DNA of 64,000 nt from Octopus sinensis. Lineage: Eukaryota. Positions within the stretch are counted from its first letter, which is position 1, and each line of letters opens with the position of its first letter. The stretch is taken from the NCBI RefSeq assembly GCF_006345805.1, contig NC_043009.1, positions 27,590,001 to 27,654,000 on the forward strand, in the 5' to 3' direction. Made by a program: the position numbers and the translations under genes. The notes beneath the pieces were generated by a model. The model did no database searches and was not told the origin of the DNA. It saw nothing but the letters and a program-made list of their open reading frames with translations. Below, piece after piece: positions 1 to 12,310 of the stretch.

Positions 1-34
1 CTTGAAAATCTCTTTTGAATAGAAAAAGTCAAAG

Positions 35-470
35 ACTTCCCATGGGACTAGAAACCCACATCTCCTGTTCACATGACAGATGTTTTACCACTGGACCAAA
101 GTAATCCTTCAGATTTCTCCAATTTAGAAACTTTATTCTCACCAATGAGAATCATATGTTGTTGACATAAGAATCTGATAAGCTTTGAGAGAATGAGAAT
201 TAATTCTTTTTGGGAATAGTGGATCTTGAAGCACACATAAAGCTATAAATAATCACATGTAAATATTGGGTTGATAAAACCTTTATGGATAGAAAAAGTT
301 GAAAGCTGCCATTAAAAGTTAATGGTTGAATGCTTTCATGTCTACAAGAGATGTGGGTTCACATCCCATGAGCAGCCTTCGACTTCTATCCAAATGGGTT
401 TTCAACCCAATGTTAATGTGTTATTATTTATAGCCTTATGTGTGCTTTGAGATTCACTGTTCCAAGAGAA
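35..470. mobile_element. Cluster of old tRNA-like SINE pieces in both orientations (head 35-98 minus; tail 205-310 minus; head plus tail 311-470 plus)
   Basis: Both heads share GAGATGTGGGTT..TCCCATG. Segment 205-310 is a diverged reverse complement of about 372-470. A similar tail recurs near 1500-1580. Confidence 0.5.
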
Positions 471-1614
471 AAAATAAACGTGAAAGAATTATTTTGTGTT
501 CTCTTGAATTCTCATGACATCAATCTCTACTGATTTTTTTTTTCCAGGCTGAGATATATTTATAACATTTATTTATAGGAAACCTTTTAAAAACGATCTA
601 CGAGAGAAATAACTGAAAAAAAAAATGAAACATAAAAAATAAACAAGAAACACAAAAACCTCCTTTTATTGAACACATCCAACAAATAACGATGGTGTTG
701 ATGATGACAATGAGGAAATAATTACTTCAGTGATTAAGAAGTAAAAAGGAAATGTTCAGTTAGATGTATGAACATGGAAAATTTGGTAAATGTAATTCAT
801 CTCAAGAAATACAGACATTTATTGCCAATATTATTTCTTTCTCCTTCCACAACAAACACACACACACATACACACACACAAACCCAATTATAGTGATAGA
901 TGAATATTTTATATACAAGCAAGCAATTCCTTCCAGTTAATAATTCATTTATTGTAGGAATCTAACAACTGATTTACATTTTAGCCAAATCCTATTTGGT
1001 TTATTCTAAATTACTAAAAACCTGGATAGTTGTTTAGGTTTACAGTAATTCAATTTGGCAATGTTTAGTATTTTTTAACTAGTTTAGTGTATAAACATTT
1101 TAAATTGCAGTGATGTACTGCTTTTATGGTAACTACTGGCAATGGCAACGTAGTGTAGAGGACTATATATTAATTTGATATTAATATTTTACATTAACAA
1201 AATACAGCTAATACACCTGTAATTAATTAAATTAGACGGCAGGAACACGTTATTAATAAGCAAATCAGTCAATCCAATTTACTTCAGCCTCAGTATAGAT
1301 GAATTTATAAGAAGTGTTTCTGAGGTTAGTTAAAGAGGGTACTCAGTTGCTTGAGATATTCCAACACAGGATTGAAACCAGTTCAGTTGATACCTCTTTT
1401 TATGTCTTACAGTGTTGGCTAAAATCTATTGTGCAGGATAGCATTGAAACAAAACACAGTCAAGATACTAGTAAATACTTTGATATATGTTTTGGAACAA
1501 TGGATATTGAAGCAGATAAAGCTATCAATAGTAATATCTAAACATTGGGTTTAAAAGTTTTTAAATAGAAAAGGTTGTCAACAACAACAACACACACACA
1601 CACGTAAACCACAT

Positions 1615-1870
1615 CAGTGCTGGTGCCATGTAAAGAGTGCTGGTGCTGGTACCACATAAAAAGCACCTGATACACTCTATAAAGTGGTTGGCATTAGGAA
1701 GGGCGTCCAGCTCTAGAAACCATGCCAAAACAGACAATTAGAATCTGGCTCAGTTCTCCAGTTTTACCAACTTCTGTTGAATCGTCCAACCCAAACCAGC
1801 AAGAAAACAGATGTTAAATGTTGATGATGAGGATGATGATGATTATGATGATGATAATGATGATGATAGG
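1615..1870 (+). mobile_element. RTE-LINE-type 3' end fragment with (GAT)n tail
   Basis: GTGGTTGGCATTAGGAAGGGCGTCCAGCT...GTCCAACCC...GTTAAATG-(GAT)n matches the 3' UTR following the RTE ORF at 44449-45393. Confidence 0.75.
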
Positions 1871-1937
1871 TGGCACTGTTAAGTTAAACAATTATCTAAG
1901 TTATTTATATATATATATATATTCTTTTATTTTTTAT

Positions 1938-2310
1938 TTGTTACAGTCGTTTGACTGTGGCCATGTTGGAGCATCACCTTTTATTCAAATAAATCGACCC
2001 CGGGACTTATTCTTTGTAAACCTGGTACTTATTCTATCGGTCTCTTTTGCCAAACTGCTAAATTATGCGGACGTAAACATACCAACATCAGTTGCCAAGC
2101 GATGGAGGGGGGGAATACAGACAGAGACACACACAAAATTATATACCTATATATGACAGGCTTCTCTCAGTTTCTGTCTATCAAATCCACTCACAAGGCT
2201 TTGGTTAGCCTGAGGCTATAGCAGAAGACACTTGCCCAAGGTGCCATGCAGTGGGACTGAACCCAGAACCATGTAGTTGAGAAGCAAGCTTCTTACCACA
2301 CAGCCAAGCC
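1938..2310 (-). mobile_element. tRNA-derived SINE family B (bipartite, internal microsatellite)
   Basis: Minus strand GGCTGTGTGGTAAGAAGCTTGCTTC...GGTTCAGTCCCACTGC head and CCAGCATGGCCACAGTC tail, shared with more than 10 copies in the window. Confidence 0.85.
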
Positions 2311-2314
2311 TATG

Positions 2315-2348
<34 letters not shown>

Positions 2349-2429
2349 TGTATGTATGTATGTATATATTCTGCATGCATTTGTTTCTAACACAGAATAT
2401 ATATGTGTGTGTATCTGTACATATATGTG

Positions 2430-2627
2430 ACCCCTCTGTCCGTCATTCGCCATGATAGATCACTAGCCACTAAACCATTTTTATTTTTTCTCCTTGTTTA
2501 TTTCTGTGTTCCTTTCTGTTGAAGAGCATAGGCTCAAAACGTAAAAGACTTTCTCACTTCCTGAGCATTAAAGTAATACATCTGTTTGTTGTTTACACAC
2601 CCGTGTTTGTCTTTTTTGTGAATTTCA

Positions 2628-2630
<3 letters not shown>
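2430..2630 (+). mobile_element. PLE-type terminal repeat, family 1, with degenerate HHR at 2512-2547
   Basis: CTTT CTGTTGA A GAGC ATAG GCTC AAAA CG TA AAAG; G12 is replaced by A. Homologous copies at 18888-19064 and 37160-37330. Confidence 0.7.
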
Positions 2631-2669
<39 letters not shown>

Positions 2670-3454
2670 TAAAACTTACTTGGAAATGGATATGTGGTGT
2701 TTGATCATATAATGATATAAATAATATATATATATGCATATATACATACATATATGGACATACCTACATATATATGTATATATATATACATGCATATATG
2801 GGTACAGGACATCAAAAAAACATGAACAAAATGAGAAATGAGAACGTAAAAAGCAAAAATAGAAAACAAACTGTTTTTTTGAACAACGAAAAAACAAATA
2901 GAGAAACGAGACAGGCAACATAAAAAACATTCCCTTCATCAGTTGTCCCCTGATTTATCTACTCCACTTACAAAAAGAATAAAGGCAATCCAATTAATTT
3001 TATCTGTTTACGAAAGGGCCATTATTGGTGGGCCATATGGTGTTTTATTTCTATCTTCTCCTATATACATGTACGCACACACACACACACTTTCTCTCAC
3101 ATGCACACATACACACTCGCACACAACACTCACATGCATGTGCACGCATGAGCACACACACATGTTAAGGGCATGATTATGTACTAATTTGATAATTTCC
3201 AATTCATATTTAAAACAGTCACATAGAGACAAATTGTTTAACCACAGAAATGAGGATCAGTGAAATAGAGTTTACTTGCCTGGTAACATAAAGAGGGAGA
3301 TTAAACAAAAACACCTACCAACCCTGCCCTCATAATCCCTAAAGCAAAATGGATACAAACTACATGACAAATTATAACAATAAAAGACAATAATAATAAA
3401 AATAATAATAATAATAACAATAATAATAATAATAATAATAATCTTCTCTTCTAT

Positions 3455-3894
3455 TGGCACAAGGCCTGTAATTTTTTTGGGGGGGAGGGCATGCTAGTCA
3501 ATTATATCCCCCCCCCCAATGCTCAAATAGTATTTGTTTTATTGTCCCTGAAAGGAATGGAAGGTAATGTTGACCTTGGTGGAATTTGAACTCAGAAAGT
3601 AAAGCTAGAAGAAATGTTAAGCATTTCGCCCTGTGTGCTAACAACTCTGCCAGCTTGCCACTTTAAGAAACTGATAACAACAACAATAATAATCCTATCT
3701 ACTGGAAGCACAAGGCCTCAAATTTTTGGGGAAGGGATTAAGTCGATTACATCGACCTCAGTATGTTACTGATACTAATATTTATCAGATGAGTAGTCAT
3801 GATGGGTATACTGGGCTTCGTATATTTTACCCCAGTGTCACTTTGATGGTGTGCACTGCTCTCTCACTCAATAACAATAAAAATAATAATAATG

Positions 3895-3943
<49 letters not shown>

Positions 3944-4335
3944 TCCTTTCTACTAAAGGCTCAAGACCTGAAATTTAAGGGGCAGGACTAGTCAATTACA
4001 ACGACCACAGTGACTGGTACTTTATTTATCAATCCTGAAAGGATGAAAGGCAAAGTCGACCTCGGCAGAACAATAATAATAATCATAATAGTAATAATAA
4101 CAATAATAACAATAATAATAATAATCCTTTCTACTGTAGGCACAAGGCCTGACATTTTTTTTGGGGGGGATAATCGATTACATTGACCCCAGTGTTCAAC
4201 TGGAATATATTTTATTGACCTTAAAAGGTTGGAAGGCAAAGTCAACCTTGATAGAATTTGAACTCGCAATGTGAGGACAGATGGAATGTTACTAAGCATT
4301 TTGTCTCACATACAAATGAATCAGCCAGTTCACCA
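3455..4335 (-). mobile_element. Several copies or fragments of tRNA-derived SINE family C (Nin/Deu-domain-like core) separated by (AAT)n
   Basis: Repeated GAAAGGATGAAAGGCAAAGTCGACCTCGGCAGAATTTGAACTC-like core, the reverse complement of the family C consensus seen at 26735 and 30530. Confidence 0.75.
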
Positions 4336-4348
4336 CTTTAAGAAAAAG

Positions 4349-4402
<54 letters not shown>

Positions 4403-4404
<2 letters not shown>

Positions 4405-4678
4405 GATAAAAAAGGGATGTCAGAAACACCTAGACAATATCCCTGGAGAACCATGTCTCAAGGAAATCCAAAAGATTGTGCTAACAAGTACTGCCCACAT
4501 CCTTAGAAAAACCCTATCAATGTAAATGTCTGTGTTGTATTACATGGAGATATTTCTCTACTTCCCCTCCCCAAGCTTTCAGCTATATTTCAACAACTCT
4601 TAACCTTCACTTGCCCTAGGGCGCTGGGTGTGCCCCGGCAAGTGATTGCATCAAACATGCAGATTAAAAGTAAATGAC

Positions 4679-4680
<2 letters not shown>
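4403..4680 (+). mobile_element. 3' end of an R4/Dong-like non-LTR retrotransposon inserted in (TAA)n
   Basis: Translation KKGCQKHLDNIPGEPCLKEIQKIVLTSTAHILRKTLSM* (stop 4523-4525) resembles the IQKxVLxxTAxILR C-terminus of restriction-like-endonuclease LINEs. (TAA)n tracts flank both sides. Confidence 0.7.
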
Positions 4681-4709
<29 letters not shown>

Positions 4710-4908
4710 TTAATGATAATGGTGTCAAATTTTGGCACATGGCCTGCAATTTCATGGGTAAGTTGATTACATCAATATTTTATCGACCCTGGAAAGATGA
4801 AAGGCAAAGTTGACCATGGCAACATTTGAACTCATAAGATGGTGACAGATGAAATGCAAACAACTCTGTCAGTTCACCACCATAAAATATATAATAGAGA
4901 AACAATTC

Positions 4909-5353
4909 TTAACCCTTTTTATACCAACCTGGCTAAAACTGCCTCTGATTCTGTAGTACAAATGTCTTGTTTTCATAAGTTTTGAATTAAAATCTCCGCC
5001 AAACCTTAGTCACAATTCATGTTCCTAACACTAGCTGAATGATAACTAAGTTATTTTACTAAATTCTTTGTTATATTTAAAGTATGTGAAAGAAACACAG
5101 AGCATCTCAAAATAAATCCAGTGACGAAAGGGTTAAAATATATAATAGAGAAACAATTCTTAACCCTTTTGATACCATCCTGGCTGAAGCTGTCTCTGGC
5201 TCTGTAGTACAAATTTTTTGTTTCCATAAGTTTTGAATTAAAATCTTCCACCAAGCCTTAGCCACAATTTATGTTCCTAACACTAATTATATTTAAAATT
5301 AATTGAAAGAAACACAGAGCATCTCAACAGAAATATGGTAATGAATGGGTTAA
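4909..5353. mobile_element. Two tandem piggyBac-like MITEs (4913-5132 and 5164-5349)
   Basis: Each runs TTAA-CCCTTT...GGG-TTAA (first copy AAAGGG, second ATGGG); the internal sequences align with each other. Confidence 0.7.
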
Positions 5354-5960
5354 GATAACAATAATAATACTATTAATAATACAATGATAAAACTTTGCAT
5401 CTGTAACTGGGTAGTATTTGTTAATGTTTTTAAAAACAATAAAAGCAAGTATTTGCTTTCTCTGAGTTCAATGAAAATAATTACACAGGCCAAGTACAAA
5501 ACAACTAAGTATGAACTAATTGTTTAGAATTTTCAAAAGATAATCTTTCTTAATTAGTAGACAGATTTGACACCGCTTAACGAGATAGTAAACTAAGATC
5601 AATCAGTAATTTCACTGGAATACAGTTTAGTTGTAACATAAAAAAAAGCAGGTTAACATTTAAAAAGAAGAAACCAGTTGTAATTAGAAGATGAAATGAA
5701 ATGGTTATTCGTTTGAAATATTTAAAATCGTGCAAAAATAATTCACACAGAGGTATTTTGAGAGAAAACCATTAAATAGTCTCTGACATAAATGAAGATG
5801 GACAGAATTCAAAGTTTAGCTATTGTATGGATATGTATTGTTAAGAGGCTTGTTTCTCAACTATGTGGCATCTTAGGCAAGTGTCCTTCTCTTGAACCTA
5901 GGGCTAACCAAAGCCCTGTGAGTGGATTTAGTGGATGGAAAATGAAAGAAGACCATTGCA

Positions 5961-5967
5961 TCTATCG

Positions 5968-6064
<97 letters not shown>

Positions 6065-6308
6065 CTAACCGACATATCTATCTATCTATCTATTTCTTTC
6101 AAAATGTGACCTCGTGTGTACCGTTGGCGATTTTTTTCCTCTGTCTTCCCTTCTCTGGATCTTTCCTTCTCCTATGTTTCCGACGAAGAGCTCCGATCGA
6201 AATGTTAAACCCTCCTTCTTTCCTTCTTTCCTGAGCGTCCAATAATACTATATTTATTCCACGTCCTCGCGTTGTTGTGTTTTTTTGTACTTTCTTGTTT
6301 GGATTAAC

Positions 6309-6371
<63 letters not shown>

Positions 6372-6450
6372 ACTATTTATCTATCTATCTATCTGTCTAT
6401 CTGTCTATCTATCTATCTATCTATCTATATCTATCTATCTATCTATCTAA
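5961..6450. repeat. (CTAT)n microsatellite interrupted by a PLE-type insert
   Basis: Tetranucleotide arrays at about 5961-6100 and 6310-6450. Confidence 0.95.
6105..6309 (+). mobile_element. PLE-type terminal repeat, family 2, with degenerate HHR at 6176-6210
   Basis: GTTT CCGACGA A GAG CTCCG ATC GAAA TG TT AAAC; stem I is GTTT/AAAC. Confidence 0.55.
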
Positions 6451-6461
6451 CTATAAGATTA

Positions 6462-6800
6462 TCTCTTACTTGTTCCAGTCACATTAAACTGTGGCCATGC
6501 TGGGGCACTGCCTGAAGAATGTTAGTCAAGCAAATTGATCACAGTGCTTGTTTGTGTTTTAAAGCCTGGTACTTATTTCATCAATCTCTTCTGCTGAACT
6601 GCTTAGTTACAGGGACATAAACACACCAACATGGTTGCCAAGTGGTTGTGGTGGACAAACACAGACACAATGATACACACACACACACACACCACCACAC
6701 ATGATGGGTTTCTTTAAGATTCTGTCCATCAAATCCCTTCATATGGCATTGGAGCAGCTTGAGGCGATAGCAGAAGACACTTGCTCAAGGTGCCACACAG
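6462..6800 (-). mobile_element. SINE family B copy
   Basis: Same head and tail motifs as 1938-2310, with an internal (CA)n. Confidence 0.8.
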
Positions 6801-6889
6801 TTTGTGTACACCCTTGTCTTCATATCATATAGTAATTACAAATGAGAACCAGAATCATTCAAGTGATGGTGTTTATATCCAGCCTTCCT

Positions 6890-7060
6890 TGCCATGGTAA
6901 AATATTATCATGTTTGGAAATAAATAAGGGTTGGTGATAGGAATGGCATCCAGCTGTAGAAAATCTGTTTGAACAAATCCTGTCTGATACATGCAACCAT
7001 GAAGCATGGAAAAGTGGACATATAAGTGACGGTGATGTTAATGATGATGATGATGATAAT
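6890..7060 (+). mobile_element. Repeat sharing the RTE-type 3' tail (family H)
   Basis: GGTTGGTGATAGGAATGGCATCCAGCTGTAGAAAATCTG...CATGGAAAAGTGGAC-(GAT)n. Related copies at about 19670-19870, 23105-23280 and 59425-59600. Confidence 0.65.
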
Positions 7061-7078
7061 GTTTTCTGTTTCTTTCAG

Positions 7079-7145
7079 AGCATTGCTATTGAGAGAAATA
7101 CATAGAGGAAGAAAAGAGCAGAAAATATCTGTTCCAAAAATCTCG
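7079..7145 (+). CDS. Candidate internal exon (ALLLREIHRGRKEQKISVPKIS)
   Basis: tttctgtttctttcag acceptor, TCG|gtaatt donor, one open frame. No homology recognised. Confidence 0.25.
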
Positions 7146-8464
7146 GTAATTCTTGTACATTGGCATTATAATCCCAATACATTTTATTGATGTATAGATT
7201 GAAAATAATCAATATTATTTGTTATTACCTATTGTAAAATGTTTCAGCACAAAAAAATAAAATATATAAAAAGAAAAAAAAATTGCATTATGTGATCAAC
7301 TTAGTCTTTTCTCTGCCACGTCAATTCGACATATAAATTGCATTCTACTTTTGTCATAGAAATTTTAAAAAATAAAATGTCTTGGTCTGCTTGTAAAGAG
7401 TCACTGCTGTGATGACTGTAAATTCATCCAATCACTCTCTCTCTCTCCCTCTTTCTCTCTGTCTCCTTCCTTGCTTTCTCTTTCTTTCATATGCTTTTTT
7501 AGATAAGACTTTTCAAATTTATATTTGGTTTAAATTTGAAGTTTTTAAGCTGTCTTAAAATTATGGAAAATTAAAATTAAAAAGAAAAAATATTAACATT
7601 GTAAAAATAAAAACAGATATGGTAATAATAATTATTTTATTGAACATAAACGAATCAAAGACAATCTATGTTCTATTTTTACCAATTGTGTTATTATTAG
7701 TACAACTCCATTGAACTTTCCCTCAAGATCTTGTTACAATTCTGAATTCAAAAATCAAAAATTTTTAAGAACATCCAATCAAAACACTTACGGCAGTTTG
7801 TCTTGGATTGCCTAAGAATAAATAATTTAATTTCAAAATAAAACCATATTATGAGATTAAATTGCATGTTTTGAACAGAAGGAATAAGAAAAAAACTATT
7901 CCAAAACATAACAAACTCACTTTGTAGCCAACTTCTAGATATATTTTGTATTGTATTCAGAACTTATGAAGAGGGGGAAAAAACATTGGATATATTTAAC
8001 AGTTTGTTTTTAGTTTTTCTATTTTTCCATCAAAAATTGTATTTTCTTTAAGAGACTAATTCTAGTAGAATTGTATTATCTTTTAAAGGCAATAAAATAT
8101 AATTAAAATATCAATAAATGTTATACTAAAATGCTATTTTTTCGATATTATATCGTATATCAACTAAAGATTTATGGAGTAAACTTCGAGACAATTTACA
8201 GTCTTTTGCAGTTGTAATAAAGAAAGGAATTGTCTTTTATTTCAAAGTTGAAATGTTGATGAATGAATGATACTGGCAGATAAAACACTTTCGCGATAAA
8301 AATCCCCCTAGATATCCATTAAAATGTATCTTTAGCAAATTACCAGCCAAAAGTTCATGTTATACAGTGCCTTCTAAACTTGAAGAAAATTCTGAAAATT
8401 TTGTATCCCAATTCTCTCAGAAGCCTTCAGAACCCTAAAGACTCCAAAACTTTTCTAATCTAGT

Positions 8465-8645
8465 CATAAGGCCCAAAATGTTTGGAGATGGGGGTGCCAG
8501 TTGAGTAGATCAACTGGTACTGAATTTATCGACCCTCAAAGGATGAGTTGACCTAGGTGGAATCTGAACTCAGAATGTAAAGACAGACGAAATACCGCTA
8601 AGCATTGTGCCCAGCATGCTAACGATTCTGTCAGCTCACCACCTT
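8465..8645 (-). mobile_element. SINE family C copy
   Basis: GAACTCAGAATGTAAAGACAGACGAAATACCGCTAAGCA...CAGCTCACC matches the family C head. Confidence 0.75.
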
Positions 8646-10994
8646 CTAAAGACTCCAAAACTGACCAGGATATGGTAACAGAAGGAAGAATGTAACTGAT
8701 AGGTCATGCCTTGTCACTAGAATACAAGTATGCAAAGACAACCTTAGTATGGATACCAACAAAAGTAAGGAGATGACTAGAAAAATCGTGGGTCATATGA
8801 CGCTATATTCTGTTGCAGTACTTGAAGGCAGTCACCAAATATTCTGAGAAAACATAGACGAACCTGTAGCACAACCAACAAAAAACACTGAATGCAAAAT
8901 CTCTGCTTGATGCATAAACAAGTATAGAAATGGACTGACTGACTAATTCATCAAAACATTATTTATTAAGAAAATATACACCATAATGGAAAGTCTGCTC
9001 AAATATCTTAAATGATTCACTTATTTACAACGTTGAAGCAAAATCTGTGCTTAGAAATTAGTCTTATATTCACAAACAACATCTAAAACACTTCTCCACT
9101 ATTGAACTGTCTCTTCTCATTACCATTTTAAAATGTCTTATAATGGCATCATTTTTTAAACAACTAATTCTATGCAAACTGTCTGATGCATTTACCATAC
9201 TTCCACCCACCATTCTTTTGCTTTATGTATCGATTCCATACCAAACACTCTTTTTTCTTATATTTTCCACTTCGTTTTGCATTCTCCTCAAAACAAACTA
9301 AACTTCATTAACTTACTAAAAACATGAAATGTATTTGCTTCAGCCAACAGTTCCAACTTGCAGGTATGGCTGTGTAATTAAGAAATTTACTTGGCAACCA
9401 CGAGGATTCAGTTTCTAAGACATATGCATGTCATATGTCTTGGGTAACTGTCCTTTCCTGTCATATGTCAGCCCAAGCTTTGGTAACTGAACTTAGTTTC
9501 ACAGAAACTGTGCCACATGGAATGTATCTATTCTTCACTGATATATTTAATCCATCACCCAGGTACCTTTAGCAGAATCCAATCATTATTTACATTTGAT
9601 GGGTATTTGTCCCCATCTTGTTTGTTGCTAATACAACACTTCGGCTGATATACCCTCCAGATATTTAGATAAGAATAACATATATATACGTTCTTGATAA
9701 ACTCATATTTATCCTTGTCTTTGCCTATAATTTATGGGTATAGTTTGCTTGCATATGCATGCCCATGGTTAAACATAGGTAATATACCAGTAGCGTAATG
9801 GGTACTTCTATCCTTTAGATGGTTGTTTTAACCTCTAACTCAGCTAACCTTATATATATATATATATAACAAACAAACATACATACACATACATGACTGA
9901 CTTCTTTCAGTTTCTGTCTACCAAACTCACTCATAAGGTTTTGGTCAGCCTGGAGCTATTATTGTAATTACAGACAAGAAATGATTTCATTTTCTCCTTT
10001 TCTTACATTGAAATTAAAGTAGCTGACATATGTAAAAGGTCACTGAATATCATTGTAATTACAAATAAAAGACTAAGAAATGGAAAACTGACTTTTAAAA
10101 ATATTTTCTGCAGATGAGCAAGTTTAAGAAAAAGGATGAGTTCCTGAAAGATTACAGACAAGAAACAGAGTGTAGTTTAAAGTTGTTGTTGTGCACACGG
10201 TAGAAATACCAAATAATTTGAAATCAACAAACCTGGCATCTTAAAAAAGTTTCTTGAAGGCTGAATGATGTCCCCAAATCATTTTGATGAATTCAGTGGA
10301 TTAGCCTCGAAGGCTGAAGGCACCTAAACTACACTTGGTTGTTTGCATGCATGCAGCATATGTATCAAGGGTAGTAAGTCCATAAGTACTCAAGGAACCA
10401 GGATAGCTGTGGATCAGAAAGAGAACAAAAAAGCAGACATTAATAAAAGTATCGATTTATAAATGATTATAGTAAAAGCATCAAACAAAATGTGTCAAAC
10501 AAAATGCATCAAACAAAATACATTAAACAAATACTTTGAATTCTTTTGGGGACATGTATACATGTGCATCAGATGCAGAAAACTGGTTGTAGTGTCAGCA
10601 ATGAAAATTTTGACACCATGTTACAAACAAATGTGAAGCTAACAGTCTTTGTGTGTTTCTGATTGGATAACTTATGTTTTCTACATTGCAATTGAATATA
10701 CATTTACTTAAACATATGTTTATATATTTAAAAATACATGTAGTAATTACTATAGTTCATAGATGAGAATCAGATATTCTCTGTATAGAATACACTCGTA
10801 GTGCTCAAGGGGTTTAGAATTGAGTGAGTGGAGAAGTTAATGAAAAGACAAGCAAGTTAGACAGGTCAATATACAAATGTATATTAGATACATGAAATAC
10901 AGAACATGTTTACATGGAAACTTACACAGAAGAGAAATGATATCAAGAATTAAAAGGGTTGAAGAAGAGTATTACAAATCCAATGATTTACATA

Positions 10995-11305
10995 AGAAGC
11001 ACTCCGTCGGTTGCAACGACAAGGGTCCCAGCTGATACGATCAACGTGAAATTAACATGTAAGTGGCTGAGCACTCCACAAACACGTGTACCCTGAATGT
11101 AGTTCTCGGGGAGATTCAGTGTGACACAGTGTGTGACAAGGCTGGCCCTTTGAAGTACAGGTACTACTCATTTTTGCCAGCTGAGTGGACTGGAGCAACA
11201 TGAAAAAAAGTGTCTTGCTCAAGGACACAGTGTGCTGCGGGAATTGAACTCATGATCTTATGATCATGAGTCAAATGCTCCTAACCACTAAGCCACGTGC
11301 CTTCA
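10995..11305 (-). mobile_element. tRNA-derived SINE family A, full length, with 14-bp target-site duplication
   Basis: Minus strand GTGGCTTAGTGGTTAGG A-box and AGTTCAATTCC B-box. CAATGATTTACATA occurs at 10981-10994 and 11306-11319. Confidence 0.9.
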
Positions 11306-11601
11306 CAATGATTTACATACATACTTTATAAAAGAAAGAACATTTGTTTAGGGTTTTAAAAACTTTCATTCAGCAAGTGACTTCATCCAAGACTGTGTAT
11401 TGAATCAGAAGATTTTTTCCTTCAGTTTTAGTTTGATTTGATTCTAGAGTTTCCCATTTTCCCATTCCACAAATCTGCTATTGTTGAATATATGAGTTAT
11501 ATTTGTTACATAAGGTTCCTGTCACATTCCCTAAAAGCTATAAGGGCGACTGTCAAATGGCACAAGGGTCATTAGTTTATACCTGTATACCAAGTACTTA
11601 C

Positions 11602-11784
11602 TGTGCCTCTGTAAATGATATTTTGATCTCATTGGTTTGACTGTTGTTGCCCCAGGTAAACATTGATCAGATAATTCTGTGCCATGGAGGTAATCAACCA
11701 AATGATGAAACCTGACACATAGGCCTTCCTTTCCATTTATACTCATGCATGTATTTGGATGAAGACCATGGGGAATATTCAAAC
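11602..11784 (-). CDS. Candidate 183-nt phase 1-1 exon (LNIPHGLHPNTCMSINGKEGLCVRFHHLVDYLHGTELSDQCLPGATTVKPMRSKYHLQRH)
   Basis: ttctactctacag acceptor and CACA|gtaagt donor; open frame in unique sequence. Protein not recognised. Confidence 0.45.
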
Positions 11785-11927
11785 CTGTAGAGTAGAATCA
11801 CATTAGGTGTATCCTGGTAGTGTTAGCATGTACTATCCCCACTGTTTAATCTATTCTATGTCTACTGTGTCTGAGGTGACAACAATGGAGGCAGACAAAG
11901 TGGACATCGTTGGGGCACAAAAATTAC

Positions 11928-12056
11928 TTTGAAAGCCTTTATGAGGGTCACTTAGCTGCATAAAAAACTGATACTGCTTCAAATCTTCCATAAATACCAC
12001 CCTTGTTTTCAAAATGATAACATTATCAAGATAAAGTTCTACAGGATAATGATACA
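11928..12056 (-). CDS. Candidate 129-nt phase 1-1 exon (YHYPVELYLDNVIILKTRVVFMEDLKQYQFFMQLSDPHKGFQ)
   Basis: tcttgtcttctttccaag acceptor and CAAA|gtaatt donor; splices in frame to 11784 across a 143-nt intron. Confidence 0.35.
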
Positions 12057-12268
12057 CTTGGAAAGAAGACAAGATGGTCACAGCTAGAATTTCAGTTAGA
12101 GGAAGAAATTTGATGCTCAGCTGTAAATAGGTAACAAAAGCAGGTATAGTAGCAAGGGAAAATTGTCCAAACGATGAATATTTCATTAGCTTTAGTGCTA
12201 TGCCTAAATTCTTCCATCGGAAGCTGAAAATGGCATGAATACTGTCAGTAATATTAGTATTTTTTCAG

Positions 12269-12310
12269 AAATATGCTTTGTATGCCAAAAACAGCATTCC
12301 ATCAATTTCG
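12269..12310 (+). CDS. Candidate 42-nt micro-exon (frame undetermined)
   Basis: gtattttttcag acceptor and TCG|gtaaaa donor; all three frames are open. Confidence 0.2.

Noticed and set aside
1314-1541. 75-aa ORF
   Set aside because: Its 3' part overlaps a repeat tail also found at 205-310, and it has no convincing splice or homology support.
9060-9300. Minus-strand stretch that looks like decayed coding sequence (WKYGKCIRQF, CHYKTF)
   Set aside because: Multiple stops and no recognisable domain; cannot be assigned.
10114-10199. Possible plus-strand exon MSKFKKKDEFLKDYRQETECSLKLLLCT
   Set aside because: The acceptor is acceptable but the donor is weak, and its end phase does not fit the neighbouring candidates.
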